Positions 52,578-64,000 of a stretch of DNA of 64,000 nt are shown here, piece by piece. The stretch's first letter is position 1, and each line of letters opens with the position of its first letter. The DNA lies in NCBI GenBank assembly GCA_002245135.1, contig NGBS01000593.1:1-64000 (forward strand), given 5' to 3'. This stretch comes from Proteromonas lacertae. Its lineage: Eukaryota. The notes under the pieces are model-generated. The model did no database searches. It was not told where the DNA came from and saw only the letters and a program-made list of their open reading frames with translations. A program made the translations under genes and the position numbers.

Positions 52578-54769
52578 ATGAAGAGCATTCAAAGTATATT
52601 TTAGTGGTTATTTTGATATAGTTTTGATGTTATTGATATTGGTAACACCAATATTCTGTTCAATTGAGAAAAGAGAGAAATTGATGAAAAGATCCTCAAA
52701 GAGTGATAAAACGAAACATCTTGAATATAATATCTAAGAAAGAAACAGATGCATTTGTATTGCCTGATATTCCTCTACACCTTAATGGTCATTTTTCTGA
52801 CTATGATATACTTATGACTGATGATACTATAAATGTAGTTAAAAGATATATAAATGATTATTATAAATGGGTATTTACCTACAAATATACTAAAACTAAA
52901 GATAATTCCCTTAGTATAAGTGAAATATCAATAGATGAAGATAAATCGAAGTTTGTGTTTAGCTCTGAAAGTAGTTTAGAAGGATGTGATGTTGAATATA
53001 ATAAAGAATATAGTTATAAGTATATAATATAAGTTATAATCTATTTAATAGAGAATTGAAAGGAAAATGTGGTGAGGAAAGCAATATTAAAAGAATAGTT
53101 ATTCAACTGCAATCTCTTACAACGATATCATGTGAAGAATATAGTGATGATGGTGTGAATAAAACAAAATGTGAAAGTAATATAAAACATTATGATGGAG
53201 ATACAGTAAAGCTTGAAGAAAGTCGTATATACAATTGTAATTATATAATTTAAATAGAAAGTTTAGAAGAAATCAATTATAAATTAGATAATATGCAAGT
53301 CGGCAGTTATTCACCATCAACTGAATTTTGTACTAATATTGTGTCTGAATCTGCAGGTATGATGAGGATGTTAAAAGAAAATAAAATGATAAATGTCAAT
53401 TATGATATTAACTCATTTAGTTATGTTAGTTTTAATACTACAGTAACAAATAATGATAGTTATGTAAAAGTAACCTTTAAAAATGAGAAAGAAAATTATT
53501 TATTGTATTTTTTATGTTTAGCAAGTGATTGTAAATATATATGTTTTCTTGAAAAATACTATATGTACTTCTCATCGTTTTTATGTATTTGATCTACCAT
53601 GTTATCCAAAAGCAAATAATTGTGATGATGAGTTTAATGCTGCTTTTAATAGAATATCTGATAATGCAAGAAAAAATGATCCAAATAATATCAATCTGAG
53701 AAGATCATTATTAGAAGAGAGAGAAAAAGAAAATAATAATGATAGTAATGAAAAAGAAGCTACAAACGGATATTACTATGAAGAAGTGGAAGATGGTTAT
53801 GAAGGATTTTTTTATGGTTGATAATGAATTAACAATAATAAAACAAACATATTCTGAAGATCCAGATGATGTTGAACAGTTAAAGCTTGTATTAAATTTG
53901 GATGAAATTACAAGTATATATATACTTTAAACATATAATGAATAGAATCTGTGAAAATTGAGAGTATTGAAGATAATGATATAGATCAAGAAAAGAGTGG
54001 AGTTGAACCAGAGTATTATAGTGGAATGGATTTATCATGTAAATCATTTATTCCAATAAAAGATATTAATGATCCAAAATATCAAAGTTGTAGAGTAGAT
54101 ATTAATTATCTTGCTAGAGATTTTGTGAATAAAGAATATAATATAAGTGAAAGTGAATCAAACATTGTTTTAAAAGTACATGATATTGATGATGATGATA
54201 ATACAAAAGATACAACAATTATATTGAAAGAATATGGTATTGTTCTTTATATTATTCCTTAAATAGATTCAACAAAATTGAAAGAAATAGTATCAAAAAT
54301 CACCAAATTCACCAAACCAATTCCTGATGGTAAATGTTTAAAATACAACCTAACTGTAGGAAGTAGAAATAGTATATCATCATTATATAATGAACTGTTT
54401 TATTATAATTACTATTATTATGATGATGAAATTGATATGAAGCAAGTAATGTTTATCATTGTACAGAAAGAAAATGATATATATTATACTAATGAAAATG
54501 TAATGAATGTATATAATAATAAATTTAGTTATTATTATGTAAGTATAAATAATGATAAACAATATTTAGTAAAAAGAGAAAAATCACCATTCTATTACAA
54601 ACGTGTCAATTTTAAAGGAGAAGAGTATATTGAATGTGATGAGAAATTAAAGAATGATGCATTAAAAGAATTTGAAGATAGAATTAATGAAATTAGAAGT
54701 GATGATAAAAGTGTAGAATATATGATAAATATATTCTTAATCTCATTGTTATTCATCATGTTCATATAA
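52578..54769 (+). pseudogene. Surface-protein family copy E (two apparent frameshifts)
   Basis: Same exon structure, RRSLLEE and hydrophobic tail. Frameshifts near 53570 and in a T-run near 53810, which could be sequencing errors. Confidence 0.75.
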
Positions 54770-54904
54770 AATCTATATGATTAATATGAATATCTTATTG
54801 ATTATATCAATATATCAATATTTATATTTTGGGTTATCGAAAATATTTCTTGTCAAACTTACGTTTGATATTTTATTTTGAAAAACATGTTTAAATCATT
54901 TAAA

Positions 54905-56164
54905 TTAAGCTAATTCACTATAATTATTTAATAGATTTATATTATAACTAAAGGAAGGATAAATATTTATCTCTTTTTTAACAAATTCTACTCTTTTTTC
55001 AATCTCTTTTTCTTCTTCACTAATTACACTATCTAACATCAATGGACTATTGCAATACCTTAAATGTCGATCAGATATTCTTCTGTAATGTTTTACATAG
55101 GCTATTTCGATTGGAACTCTACAACTGTTAAATCCAGGAAAATATACATTCACATAATGAATCCATAAATTTGCTATTAAATGACTATCACTAATCAAAT
55201 ATTTTTGAATTAATCTTTCTCTCAATTCACAATATTCTCGATAAACAAAAATATCTGTATCACTTATATTATTAACATATCGGTCATACATATTCAACAC
55301 TTCACGATGATATAATCTTTGACGAAAATAAAAAGCAAAACATTCTTTATGTTGATTTATAAATAACTCTAAATCATTAAGTGATTCTTTCTGTTCAATC
55401 CATAAGATTTCATCTAAATCTGTTGTTATTATATATTTACTAAGTCTTCGATATCTATAAAAACAATCATTTAATTTCCATAATTGTCCATATGAATAAT
55501 TATGAATTACAGATAGTTCAATTAATATATTCCAAGTTATTATTTCCATTATTCCTTTCTTTGAATAATAATCTATTACTAAATCCATTTCTTTACTACA
55601 AGAAGTTTTATATATCACAAAATGATCTACTCCAAAATGAATATTTGATTCAATTACTTGAATGAAGTGATTTACTGCCGTATAATTCTTTAATTTACAT
55701 ATACATAGAGTTTTATTATATATTGCTGTTGTACTATTTGGAAAATAGATTATAGGTGTTTTAGAATCATCATATTTTACATACTGAGGTATTTTTGATG
55801 TGATATTACTTCGTAAAATAATATAACCATATAGTTTAGTATAATTTTCGTTATGAATCCTAGATATACTTGCTTTTACCTCTCTATTATCGTATATTAA
55901 CCACAGTTTTGGTTTAGGTACTTTTCTTAGATTACCAACTATAAACATTCTTACTGCTCCTATTCTTTCATCATAAAAAGCATTTAGTAAGTAGCAGTTG
56001 TTGTAAAATTCTATGCTACTAATACGGTTGTTAATTTCTGATAGATATGTATTTTTAACAACTATATTCTCTTTTATGTTGTCATTTAGTTGAAATAATA
56101 TTACATTAAATAATAAAAACCCCATAGATACTACACAACAAATTAATATCACATTTCTTTTCAT
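54905..56164 (-). CDS. Glycosyltransferase family 92 (DUF23), type II membrane protein, intronless
   Basis: N-terminal TM; FGVDHFVIY, YGQLWKLNDCFYRYR, TDLDEIL (DxD), IH and KHYR. Confidence 0.85.
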   Translation of the reverse strand: MKRNVILICCVVSMGFLLFNVILFQLNDNIKENIVVKNTYLSEINNRISSIEFYNNCYLLNAFYDERIGAVRMFIVGNLRKVPKPKLWLIYDNREVKASISRIHNENYTKLYGYIILRSNITSKIPQYVKYDDSKTPIIYFPNSTTAIYNKTLCICKLKNYTAVNHFIQVIESNIHFGVDHFVIYKTSCSKEMDLVIDYYSKKGIMEIITWNILIELSVIHNYSYGQLWKLNDCFYRYRRLSKYIITTDLDEILWIEQKESLNDLELFINQHKECFAFYFRQRLYHREVLNMYDRYVNNISDTDIFVYREYCELRERLIQKYLISDSHLIANLWIHYVNVYFPGFNSCRVPIEIAYVKHYRRISDRHLRYCNSPLMLDSVISEEEKEIEKRVEFVKKEINIYPSFSYNINLLNNYSELA

Positions 56165-56202
56165 TTCTGAAACGAGTATATTTCAGTAAGCTTAATATAA
56201 AA

Positions 56203-56600
56203 ATGAAGGGTATTCAGAATATATTTTGTATTAATTATATCGTGGTTTTCTTGCTGCTAATATTATTTATACCAATATAATGTCCAAACGAAAGAAGACA
56301 GATTTCTATAGAATTATATTCTAAAGAAGATTAAATTACAGCATTAATACTTCGAAAAACTTCATTACAGCTTAATGGATTTTCTCCAGGTTATGTATTA
56401 ACTTATCCTATATATCTATATAGAAAGAAATAAAATATACTACTAGATAATGTATTAACAGCTTGTATTAAATATAGATCAAACTACAAGTAGATATTGT
56501 GAGAGTTGATGATATAAATGATAGTGATGTAGATAGAAAGGAGTGGATTTGAACCAGAATAATTATATTAGAACTGTAGAATGACATGTTTAATAGACCA
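56203..56600 (+). pseudogene. Heavily deleted remnant of the surface-protein family
   Basis: The 5' end resembles copy F's start (ATGAAGGGTATT). Internal LVLNIDQTT and ...GAGTGGATTTGAACCAGA match the family. Confidence 0.6.
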
Positions 56601-56694
56601 AAAGAATAGAAATATATAGAATAACAAATAAAAATAGATGGATTTTCAAAAAGTTAACTTTTTTAAAATCGTTACAAAAATAGAATCTTTAAAA

Positions 56695-58851
56695 ATGAAG
56701 AGTATTGAGAGTATATTTTAGTGATAATTTTGTTATAGTTTTAGTGTTATTGATATTGGTAACACCAATATTCTGTTCAATTGAGAAAAGAGAGAAATTG
56801 ATGAAAAAATCACCACTAAGAGATAGAACTAAGCAAGTTGATGTAATGATTAACAACAAAATATTCACATACATACTACCAGATACTCCTTTGCACCTTA
56901 GTGGTAATAGCTATGGTTACGACATACTTATTACAGACAGAGCAATAAATGTAGTTCAGAGAAGTACAGATTATTATTATCATATGGATATTTAACTATC
57001 AAATACACTAAAGCTGAAGATAATTCCCTTAGTTTAAGTGAAATATCAATAGATGAAGATAAATCGAAGTTTGTGTTTAGTTCTAGAAATGGTTTATCTG
57101 GATGTGATGCTGAATATAATAAAGAATATAGTTATAAGTATATAGTATAAGTTATAATCTATTTAATAGAGAATTGAAAGAAAAATGTGATGAGAATAGT
57201 AGAATAAAAAGTGTTGATGATAAAAGTGTACAATGATATGTGAATATAATGTAGATGACATTAGTGATGTAAAATGTCGAATTGACATCTTCGGCTATTA
57301 TGATAATGATTTATACCTCACACAACAACGTATAATAAATAAAAGTTACAGCTATAATGAATAGAAAGCTTAAATGAAATAAACTATAAATTGGATAATA
57401 TAAAAATTAGTACTTATCCACCTTTAGATATAGTTTATTCTCATTTATCAAAGACAATATTTTTATTTAATATCAAAGAAAAATCATTTATGACTGTTTC
57501 ATATGAAGAAAATAGTTTGATATTTCAATATATTAACATCAGTGTTGAAGACAAAGGTAATTATACAAGAGTTACACAAAAAGGTAATAGACTATGCTAT
57601 ATATCTATTATGCTTGACAAATGATTGCAATTATATCTGTGAAGTCAGCTCTCTATCTTATGATGAAGATAGTAGATGGGATATTTATAGAAAAGCATGT
57701 TACTCCAAAACATCCAATTTTAATAATGATTTTAATGCTGTATTTAGAAAAGTATCTGATATTGTAAAGAATTATGATTCAAATAATATAAATCTGAGAA
57801 GATCGTTATTAGAAGAGAATAATAAGAAAAAAATAGCAACAACAAAATCATATTATTGTGAAGAAGTAGAAGAAGAAGATGGCATCAGTATTTATGTAGG
57901 ATATTTCTTAATTGATAATGAATTAACAGCAATAACTCAAATTAGTGATTATGGTGATCAAAGTTACGTTCAACAATTAAAACTAGTCTTGAATTTAGAT
58001 GAAGAAACAAGTATATACTTTAAACATATAATGAATAGAATCTGTGAAAATTGAGAGTATTGAAGATAATGATATAGATCAAGAAAAGAGTGGAGTTGAA
58101 CCAGAGTATTATAGTGGAATGGATTTATCATGTAAATCATTTATTCCAATAAAAGATATTAATGATCCAAAATATCAAAGTTGTAGAGTAGATATTAATT
58201 ATCTTGCTAGAGATTTTGTGAATAAAGAATATAATATAAGTGAAAGTGAATCAAACATTGTTTTAAAAGTACATGATATTGATGATGATGATAATACAAA
58301 AGATACAATAATTATATTGAAAGAATATGGTATTGTTCTTTATATTATTCCTCGAAATAGATTCAACAAAATTGAAAGAAATAATATCAAAAATCACCAA
58401 ATTCACCAAACCAATTCCTGATGGTAAATGTTTGAAATATAATATAACAAGAAGAAATAGTGATTATTCAACAATTCTATATAAAAAAGTATTCTATACA
58501 AATTCATTTGAAATTAATGATATTTATGAGTCAAAAACAATATCATTCAGTTTTCAGTGATAAGAGAGATGGATTCTATTATACAACTAGCGATGATGAA
58601 AATATGATATTCAAGTTATTGATGATAATCAGTACTTTAGTTCGAAAATATAAAAGTATTTTATCATGACCTATGTTGATTTTAAAGGAGAAAAGTATAT
58701 TGAATGTGATGAGAAATTAAAGAATGATGCATTAAAAGAATTTGAAGATAGAATTAATGAAATAAAGGAAGATATTGGAATATATGATAAAAGTGTAGAA
58801 TATATGATAAATATATTCTTAATCTCATTGTTATTCATCATGTTCATATAA
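56695..58851 (+). pseudogene. Surface-protein family copy F (multiple frameshifts and a stop)
   Basis: Homologous to copy E; lesions near 56990, 57235, 57590 and 58555-58670. Confidence 0.78.
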
Positions 58852-59025
58852 AATCTATATGATTAATATGAATATCTTATTGATTATATCAATATATCGA
58901 TTTTTATTTTTTGGGTTATTGAAAAGATTTTCGCACCATATTTTCATTTTTGTTTTAAAATTATCAAACAATCAAACAATCAAACAATCAAAGAAAATAA
59001 ACAATAAACAATTATTCACATCTAT

Positions 59026-60897
59026 TTAAATAAACATTGGTAAAATATGAGCTTCGGTTGATAAAACTTCTCTAGTCAAATTTACATGCTTTTTATCTAC
59101 AAACAATAAATATAAGTATTTCAGCGTCTCAGATAATGTAAATGATTCCATCTTATCCATCAATTCACTATTCTCTTTACTCACATCTTTATAAACACCA
59201 TATCCATATTTTACTCGACATTTTTTCTCGATTCGTTTATAGATTAAATAGCCCCATTCACGATATTCAACATCACCAGTTAATTCATGAAGTATATATA
59301 ACGATTCGATCATTTCAGGTCGCAAATAGTAATATTTTATCTTACCTATACTTATATCTTCTTTTCCATTTTGAAATATCGAATATTCAGGTGATAATCC
59401 ACTCAATGTGGAATTATACATCGAAAAACAACTATACATTAAACTTTTACTATTTTTAAAATCTCGTTTTGCATTTTCACTTTCACTTTTACTGTAAGCT
59501 CCTAATGCTAGTAAACCAGCTACAAAACATACTAAATGATCCATTTTATGTTCAATTTTACCATTCTTTATATTCGCTATATATAACAATCCTTTGATTG
59601 ATGATTTTTGTAATAATTCATTACTCATTCCATCGATTGCTTTATCATACATTTCACGAAGATAATCTTCTTTCTTATTACCTTGTAACCATACTTTTAA
59701 TAAATATTCATAAAAAGAGTCACCCATACCACCAAACGTATAATCTTTACCAATTGCTTTACCTGATTCAGTATTATAGTAAAAAAAAAGAAAATTAAAA
59801 TTAAACTAATAAATAATAATGAATAAAAAAGGATATAAATGCAGTATATAATCCATTTGGAGGATTAATCTCTCTCAATATTTTATACACTTTCATTGCA
59901 CAGTCTGCATATTTTGGATTTCCTGTTACTCTAGATAATTCTCTAAATTCTAATTGCAATGTTCCCATTTCAGCTAAACCACTTTTACTACCTAACCAAC
60001 CACCACTTGTAGCACCAGATTGTAATGATATAAATGGCTATAGAAATTATAAAAAATATATATATACATATGGTAATCCAGATTTTGAATTAAATACTGG
60101 TAATAAACAATCTCCCAATTCAATTGCTTTTTTAAGAAATATTTCTTCTTTACTTAAGTAATAAACACTCAATAATCCACCTAATTCCCTTATTGTAATT
60201 TCAAACACTGATACAGAAGAAACTTTATCTTTATAACTGAAAGTCTGTAGAAAATTTTTGGCTCTTTCAAATTCTTCTTTAAATCCCATAATATATAATG
60301 TATCCAAATTATCCATTAATGTCATTGCTACATTTCCCCATCTATTGACTTTTTGACCACTGATTGGCTTGAGTTCATCAGCTCCAAATGCTTTTTCTTC
60401 ATATGATTTCCATATATGTCTGGCAGATTCTTTCACTTCTTCTGCTCGTTTATTCCAGAGATCCTTTGACATTATTGGATCGTCTTCTGGTGGTAGATAC
60501 CAATATTCACCACTAATTAACTCTTTTTCAGTTGGACGAGTTTGACTTGGTTGGACTGGAGAAATCTATTTATCAATTATATAGACCTTAATTATACTTG
60601 AGATATAATATTGAAATATTCATTTCTTGGTTGATTATTAGATATTTTTATTTCCTGTTGGTTTGATATTTGTGAATTTTGCTTATTGACAACATTTTCG
60701 TTATTATTTTGAATATTTATATTATTAATACTATCTCTATTGATAATAATTGGATTATCTTCAATGGAATCGGAAGAACGTTGTATTGAAGGTAATTTCG
60801 ATAGTATGATATAAAAAATGGTTATAAAATTTGACACTAACAGGAAAATTAATATCACATAGATATTTAAGTGACAGAATTTCGGTTTTTGTTTCAT
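59026..60897 (-). CDS. GH47 alpha-1,2-mannosidase (type II membrane)
   Basis: AFGADELKP, VFEITIRELGGLLS, AEMGTLQLEF, GDSFYEYLLK, YYLRPE, MESF..ETLKYLYL and TEAH. Confidence 0.95.
59779..59836 (-). other. U12-type AT-AC intron, 58 nt
   Basis: 5' ATATCCTTT (exact consensus), 3' TAC; removal gives GLYTAF|YNTESGK in frame. Confidence 0.88.
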
Positions 60898-61003
60898 TTA
60901 AAAAAAGCAAGCCAAGTTTCTAAATGTCATTTTAAAATAGAGAGATTTGTGTTTCATTCAAAAAAACACGATATTATATAAATGTTATTAACAGAATAAT
61001 ATT

Positions 61004-61862
61004 CTACAAATCTATTATATTATTATTATACGTATTTACATTTTCGTTAGAAAATACAGTAGTTCTTGAATAGTCTGAGATAAAAGAGTTTGTAATCCTG
61101 CATATTATATTGCTACTATCATCAAGCACATGTCTTTGCATATTTAGATAGACAGATGTGTTATTGTCCTGTTTACAGTATTTTGTATATTTTTTAGGTG
61201 GTATTAGAATTAGAGAATTAAAACATACTTCCATTATATTATCATCATCTTCATTAAATGTTACTCCAACGTTTCTGTTATTCATGTTAATTGTTTCTAC
61301 TTTTGCTTCCACATATCCAAAACCATATTCACCTTCATCAGTTTTTTTAGGATATTCTAAATACACATATTTTCCTATTTCTATATATTTTTCTTTATTT
61401 AATTCAATTTCAAGCTTTTGATAGTGGCTATACACCTTATTTTCTGTGAAATCAAATGTATATGGTGAAATACCATAATCATTGGATTTGGATTTAAATG
61501 GAGCAATTCTGTCAATATCTTTGTTAACATCAATTTTTTCATCAAAAATGGACTTCCAGCCTTTATAATGAACAGTGATGATATTGTTTTCATGCGATAC
61601 TACGATTGCAGGATACCAGTCACCTTTTAAATCTCTACAGTCTATAATCTTGCCTCTGTTTAATTCATATGAATTAATACTATTCATTAAATCCGAATTA
61701 TTCCAATTTTCTTCATTTTCTTCAACAAATAAATCTAATTCTAAATTAAATTTGCCAAATTTATTTAATGTGTAGTTATCTTGTATATTCTTCTTTAACT
61801 ATCACATAAATGCAAAAATATACTTTATATAGAAATTGCTTATCCATATCTTCTAATTTCAT
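61004..61862 (-). CDS. Tudor-knot/MBT-like domain protein
   Basis: IIDCRDLKGDWYPAIV...VHYKGWKSIFDEKI; start codon inferred. Confidence 0.65.
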
Positions 61863-61949
61863 TAACTGTAAAATTCTAAAGAAATTTTACAGTTATAAAA
61901 AACATACAACTAAAATTAAAAAATTAAAATTATAAATTGATAATATATT

Positions 61950-62671
61950 CTATCTTCTCCTTTTAGTAGTTGATCCAATAACAGATTTCTTTTTTGATTT
62001 TGAGCTTTCAATTGAATGTCTACTGCTGATACTAAAATTATCATCATAATTATTACTTCTCTTCTTTCTCTTCTATTTTAACAATAATACACATTATAAA
62101 ATTAAAATACTGGTTCATTATCAGACTCATCGTCGTATACATCATAAATTGCTGATGTATTTCCAACTACAGCAGATCCATAACTAATATTATAATCAGG
62201 TTGATCAAAATAGGAAGGGTTTGTTGTGGTTCTACCACTATTATTTAGACACTTGTCCAAATGACTTGCATACCTTTTTATTGATGTCTATTACGTAAAT
62301 TATTTAATATTTTTAATATATATATATACAGACCTTCCGCAATGATGACAATATATGGGAGGATCATCATTGCTTGGTGTTAACTCTATACAATCAATTT
62401 GATTATGTTCTATTGTATCATAAATTTCTTCCAGACTATAACTTTCTGTCTTCATTTGTCTATGACACTAAAAAATTAATCAAATTCAATTTACATCAAA
62501 TGCAATATCTTGACATATATCATTAAGTAATATATCAAATGTTATTTCTATTACTTTCTACAATATAGATATATCTTTAAATACATCTTCTAATGCTGTC
62601 TTATTTTCTTTTATTGCTGTCTTACGAGATGATGACCGTTTCTATAATAGATTTAACAAAAATACACTCAT
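61950..62671 (-). CDS. SGF11: SAGA deubiquitylation module subunit Sgf11/ATXN7L3-like
   Basis: LLNDICQDIAFDCHRQMK and zinc finger CHHCGRS.SIKRYASHLDKCL across short introns. Confidence 0.72.
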
Positions 62672-62723
62672 CGATAGTGCAAAAAAACGATTTTTGAATT
62701 CTTAAAACGGATTAATTATTGGA

Positions 62724-64000
62724 ATGAAAGAAAAAAGAAATTATAGATCATCCTCTAGTAGTAGAAGCAATAGTAGAAGTGTAAGCAGTAGGAGCAGTAG
62801 CCGAAGTAGTAAAAGCAAAAGTAGAAGCAGAAGTAGAAGTAGAGAGAAAACAATCAAAAGAAATAGTGATTCATATAGAAAAAGGGATTATAACAACACA
62901 AATAAATATAATGATAGAAAACCTAACAGCTATAATAGAGACAGGAGAGAATTTAATAATGAAAGACAGTATAATAGAAATACACCATTTAATTCAATGA
63001 AAAACCGACAAAAATTTACACCCAATGAAGAAGAGAATATAGAAGAAAAAGACAAAGAATTTCTACTAAATCAGTATAAAGAAAGGTCAATGATTCGTTT
63101 AAAAGTATATAATAATAATGTAATCATTTTATATAGGAAAATAGAGCAGAAATAATTGACAGAATTGCAAAACATGTGTTAGTATTTGAAACAAATCTAA
63201 TTGATGACTATGCTTTACTTGATCCAGAGATAGAAGATGATGATAAAACAAAACCATACGAATATTTAGATAATTTATCATTCAAAGAGCTTGAAGATTT
63301 GAAAATTGACATTAAGAAATTCATTGAGATATATAAGTATGAGAAGAATGAAAAGAATGAATATTTTAAAGTATTATATTATATATTACATATATATTAT
63401 AGGAATTTGAAAATTTAGTCGAAATACTAATTACTCGATTAGATAGTAAATATAGTAATGTTTTACCATCCATTCAAGTATGAATATATAATAATAATTA
63501 TTATTATTATTTTATATAGGAAAAAATATTAGACATTATACAGAACAAGTCGTCAAATGAATTAGAAAAATTGATTGAGAGTATAGAAAACAGTAACAGT
63601 ATAAATATATATATAAATTGTTATTATATTGGGTATAGTTGTAATGGAAGAAGATTTTTCTGAAAATGTAGTGCAACAAGCCAAGATAATGTTATATAAG
63701 CAAAAATTATCAAAATTACATGAAATTCTATTGGATAAAAGAAAAGTGTTGATAAAACCAAAGAATCATAGTGAAAATAGAAATAAAATAACAATAAAAG
63801 AAAGAGATGATGTAGTTGATGAAGAAAAGGAAGAAATAAATAATGATAATATACAATCAAATAATATAGAATCAACAGAAACAATAAAGCCAAAGTCAAA
63901 ACCATCATTATTATCGCCTACATCGACTACATTATCTTCAACAACAAATAAAATAGTCAAATCAAAAGAGAATAATCACAATGATAATTGGAAGATAGAA
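62724..64000 (+). CDS. CACTIN: Cactin-like splicing factor (runs past the window end)
   Basis: RS-rich N-terminus; ERSMIRLKENRAEIIDRIAK and PYEYLDNL..ELEDLKIDIKKF. Confidence 0.7.

Noticed and set aside
13107..63960. Many 60-110 aa antisense or overlapping ORFs (e.g. 13756, 20073, 39414, 44011, 59142, 63624)
   Set aside because: Shadow ORFs opposite well-supported genes, with no motifs of their own.
1..64000. Alternative genetic code or stop-codon reassignment
   Set aside because: In-frame stops are explained by introns, pseudogenes or indels; long genes such as CCT2 and GT92 translate cleanly and TAA, TAG and TGA all act as terminators.

Overview
Very AT-rich, gene-dense eukaryotic nuclear DNA. 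Most introns are about 27-35 nt with GTA...TAG ends, intergenic spacers are short and the genetic code is standard. This resembles an opalinatan stramenopile (Blastocystis/Proteromonas-like); that placement is inference only. Bases 1-4633 are one end of an endogenous Polinton-like/virophage-type dsDNA virus (minor capsid, major capsid, A32-type packaging ATPase, two orphan ORFs, structured terminus ending in ACA). It is inserted into one member of a family of probably GPI-anchored surface proteins. That family has 7 copies or remnants in two clusters (4.6-12.8 kb and 52.6-58.9 kb) and shows mosaic sequence exchange. The first cluster also holds a 638-bp fold-back element (282-bp TIRs, 5-bp TSD), a diverged relative of it, and a Rab18-like gene with an N-myristoylation motif but no prenylation cysteines. 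The core region (13-52 kb, 59-64 kb) has about 25 housekeeping genes. These include a CK1-FHA x3-cNMP x2-FHA-CaaX fusion, a helicase-less Dicer, a domesticated hAT/BED protein and centriole/cilium genes. Six introns in six genes carry minor-spliceosome (U12) signatures (3 AT-AC, 1 GT-AG, 2 apparently AT-AA), an unusually high density. Gene models were read by eye and product calls rest on motif recognition, not database searches. Several single-base frameshifts may be assembly errors.
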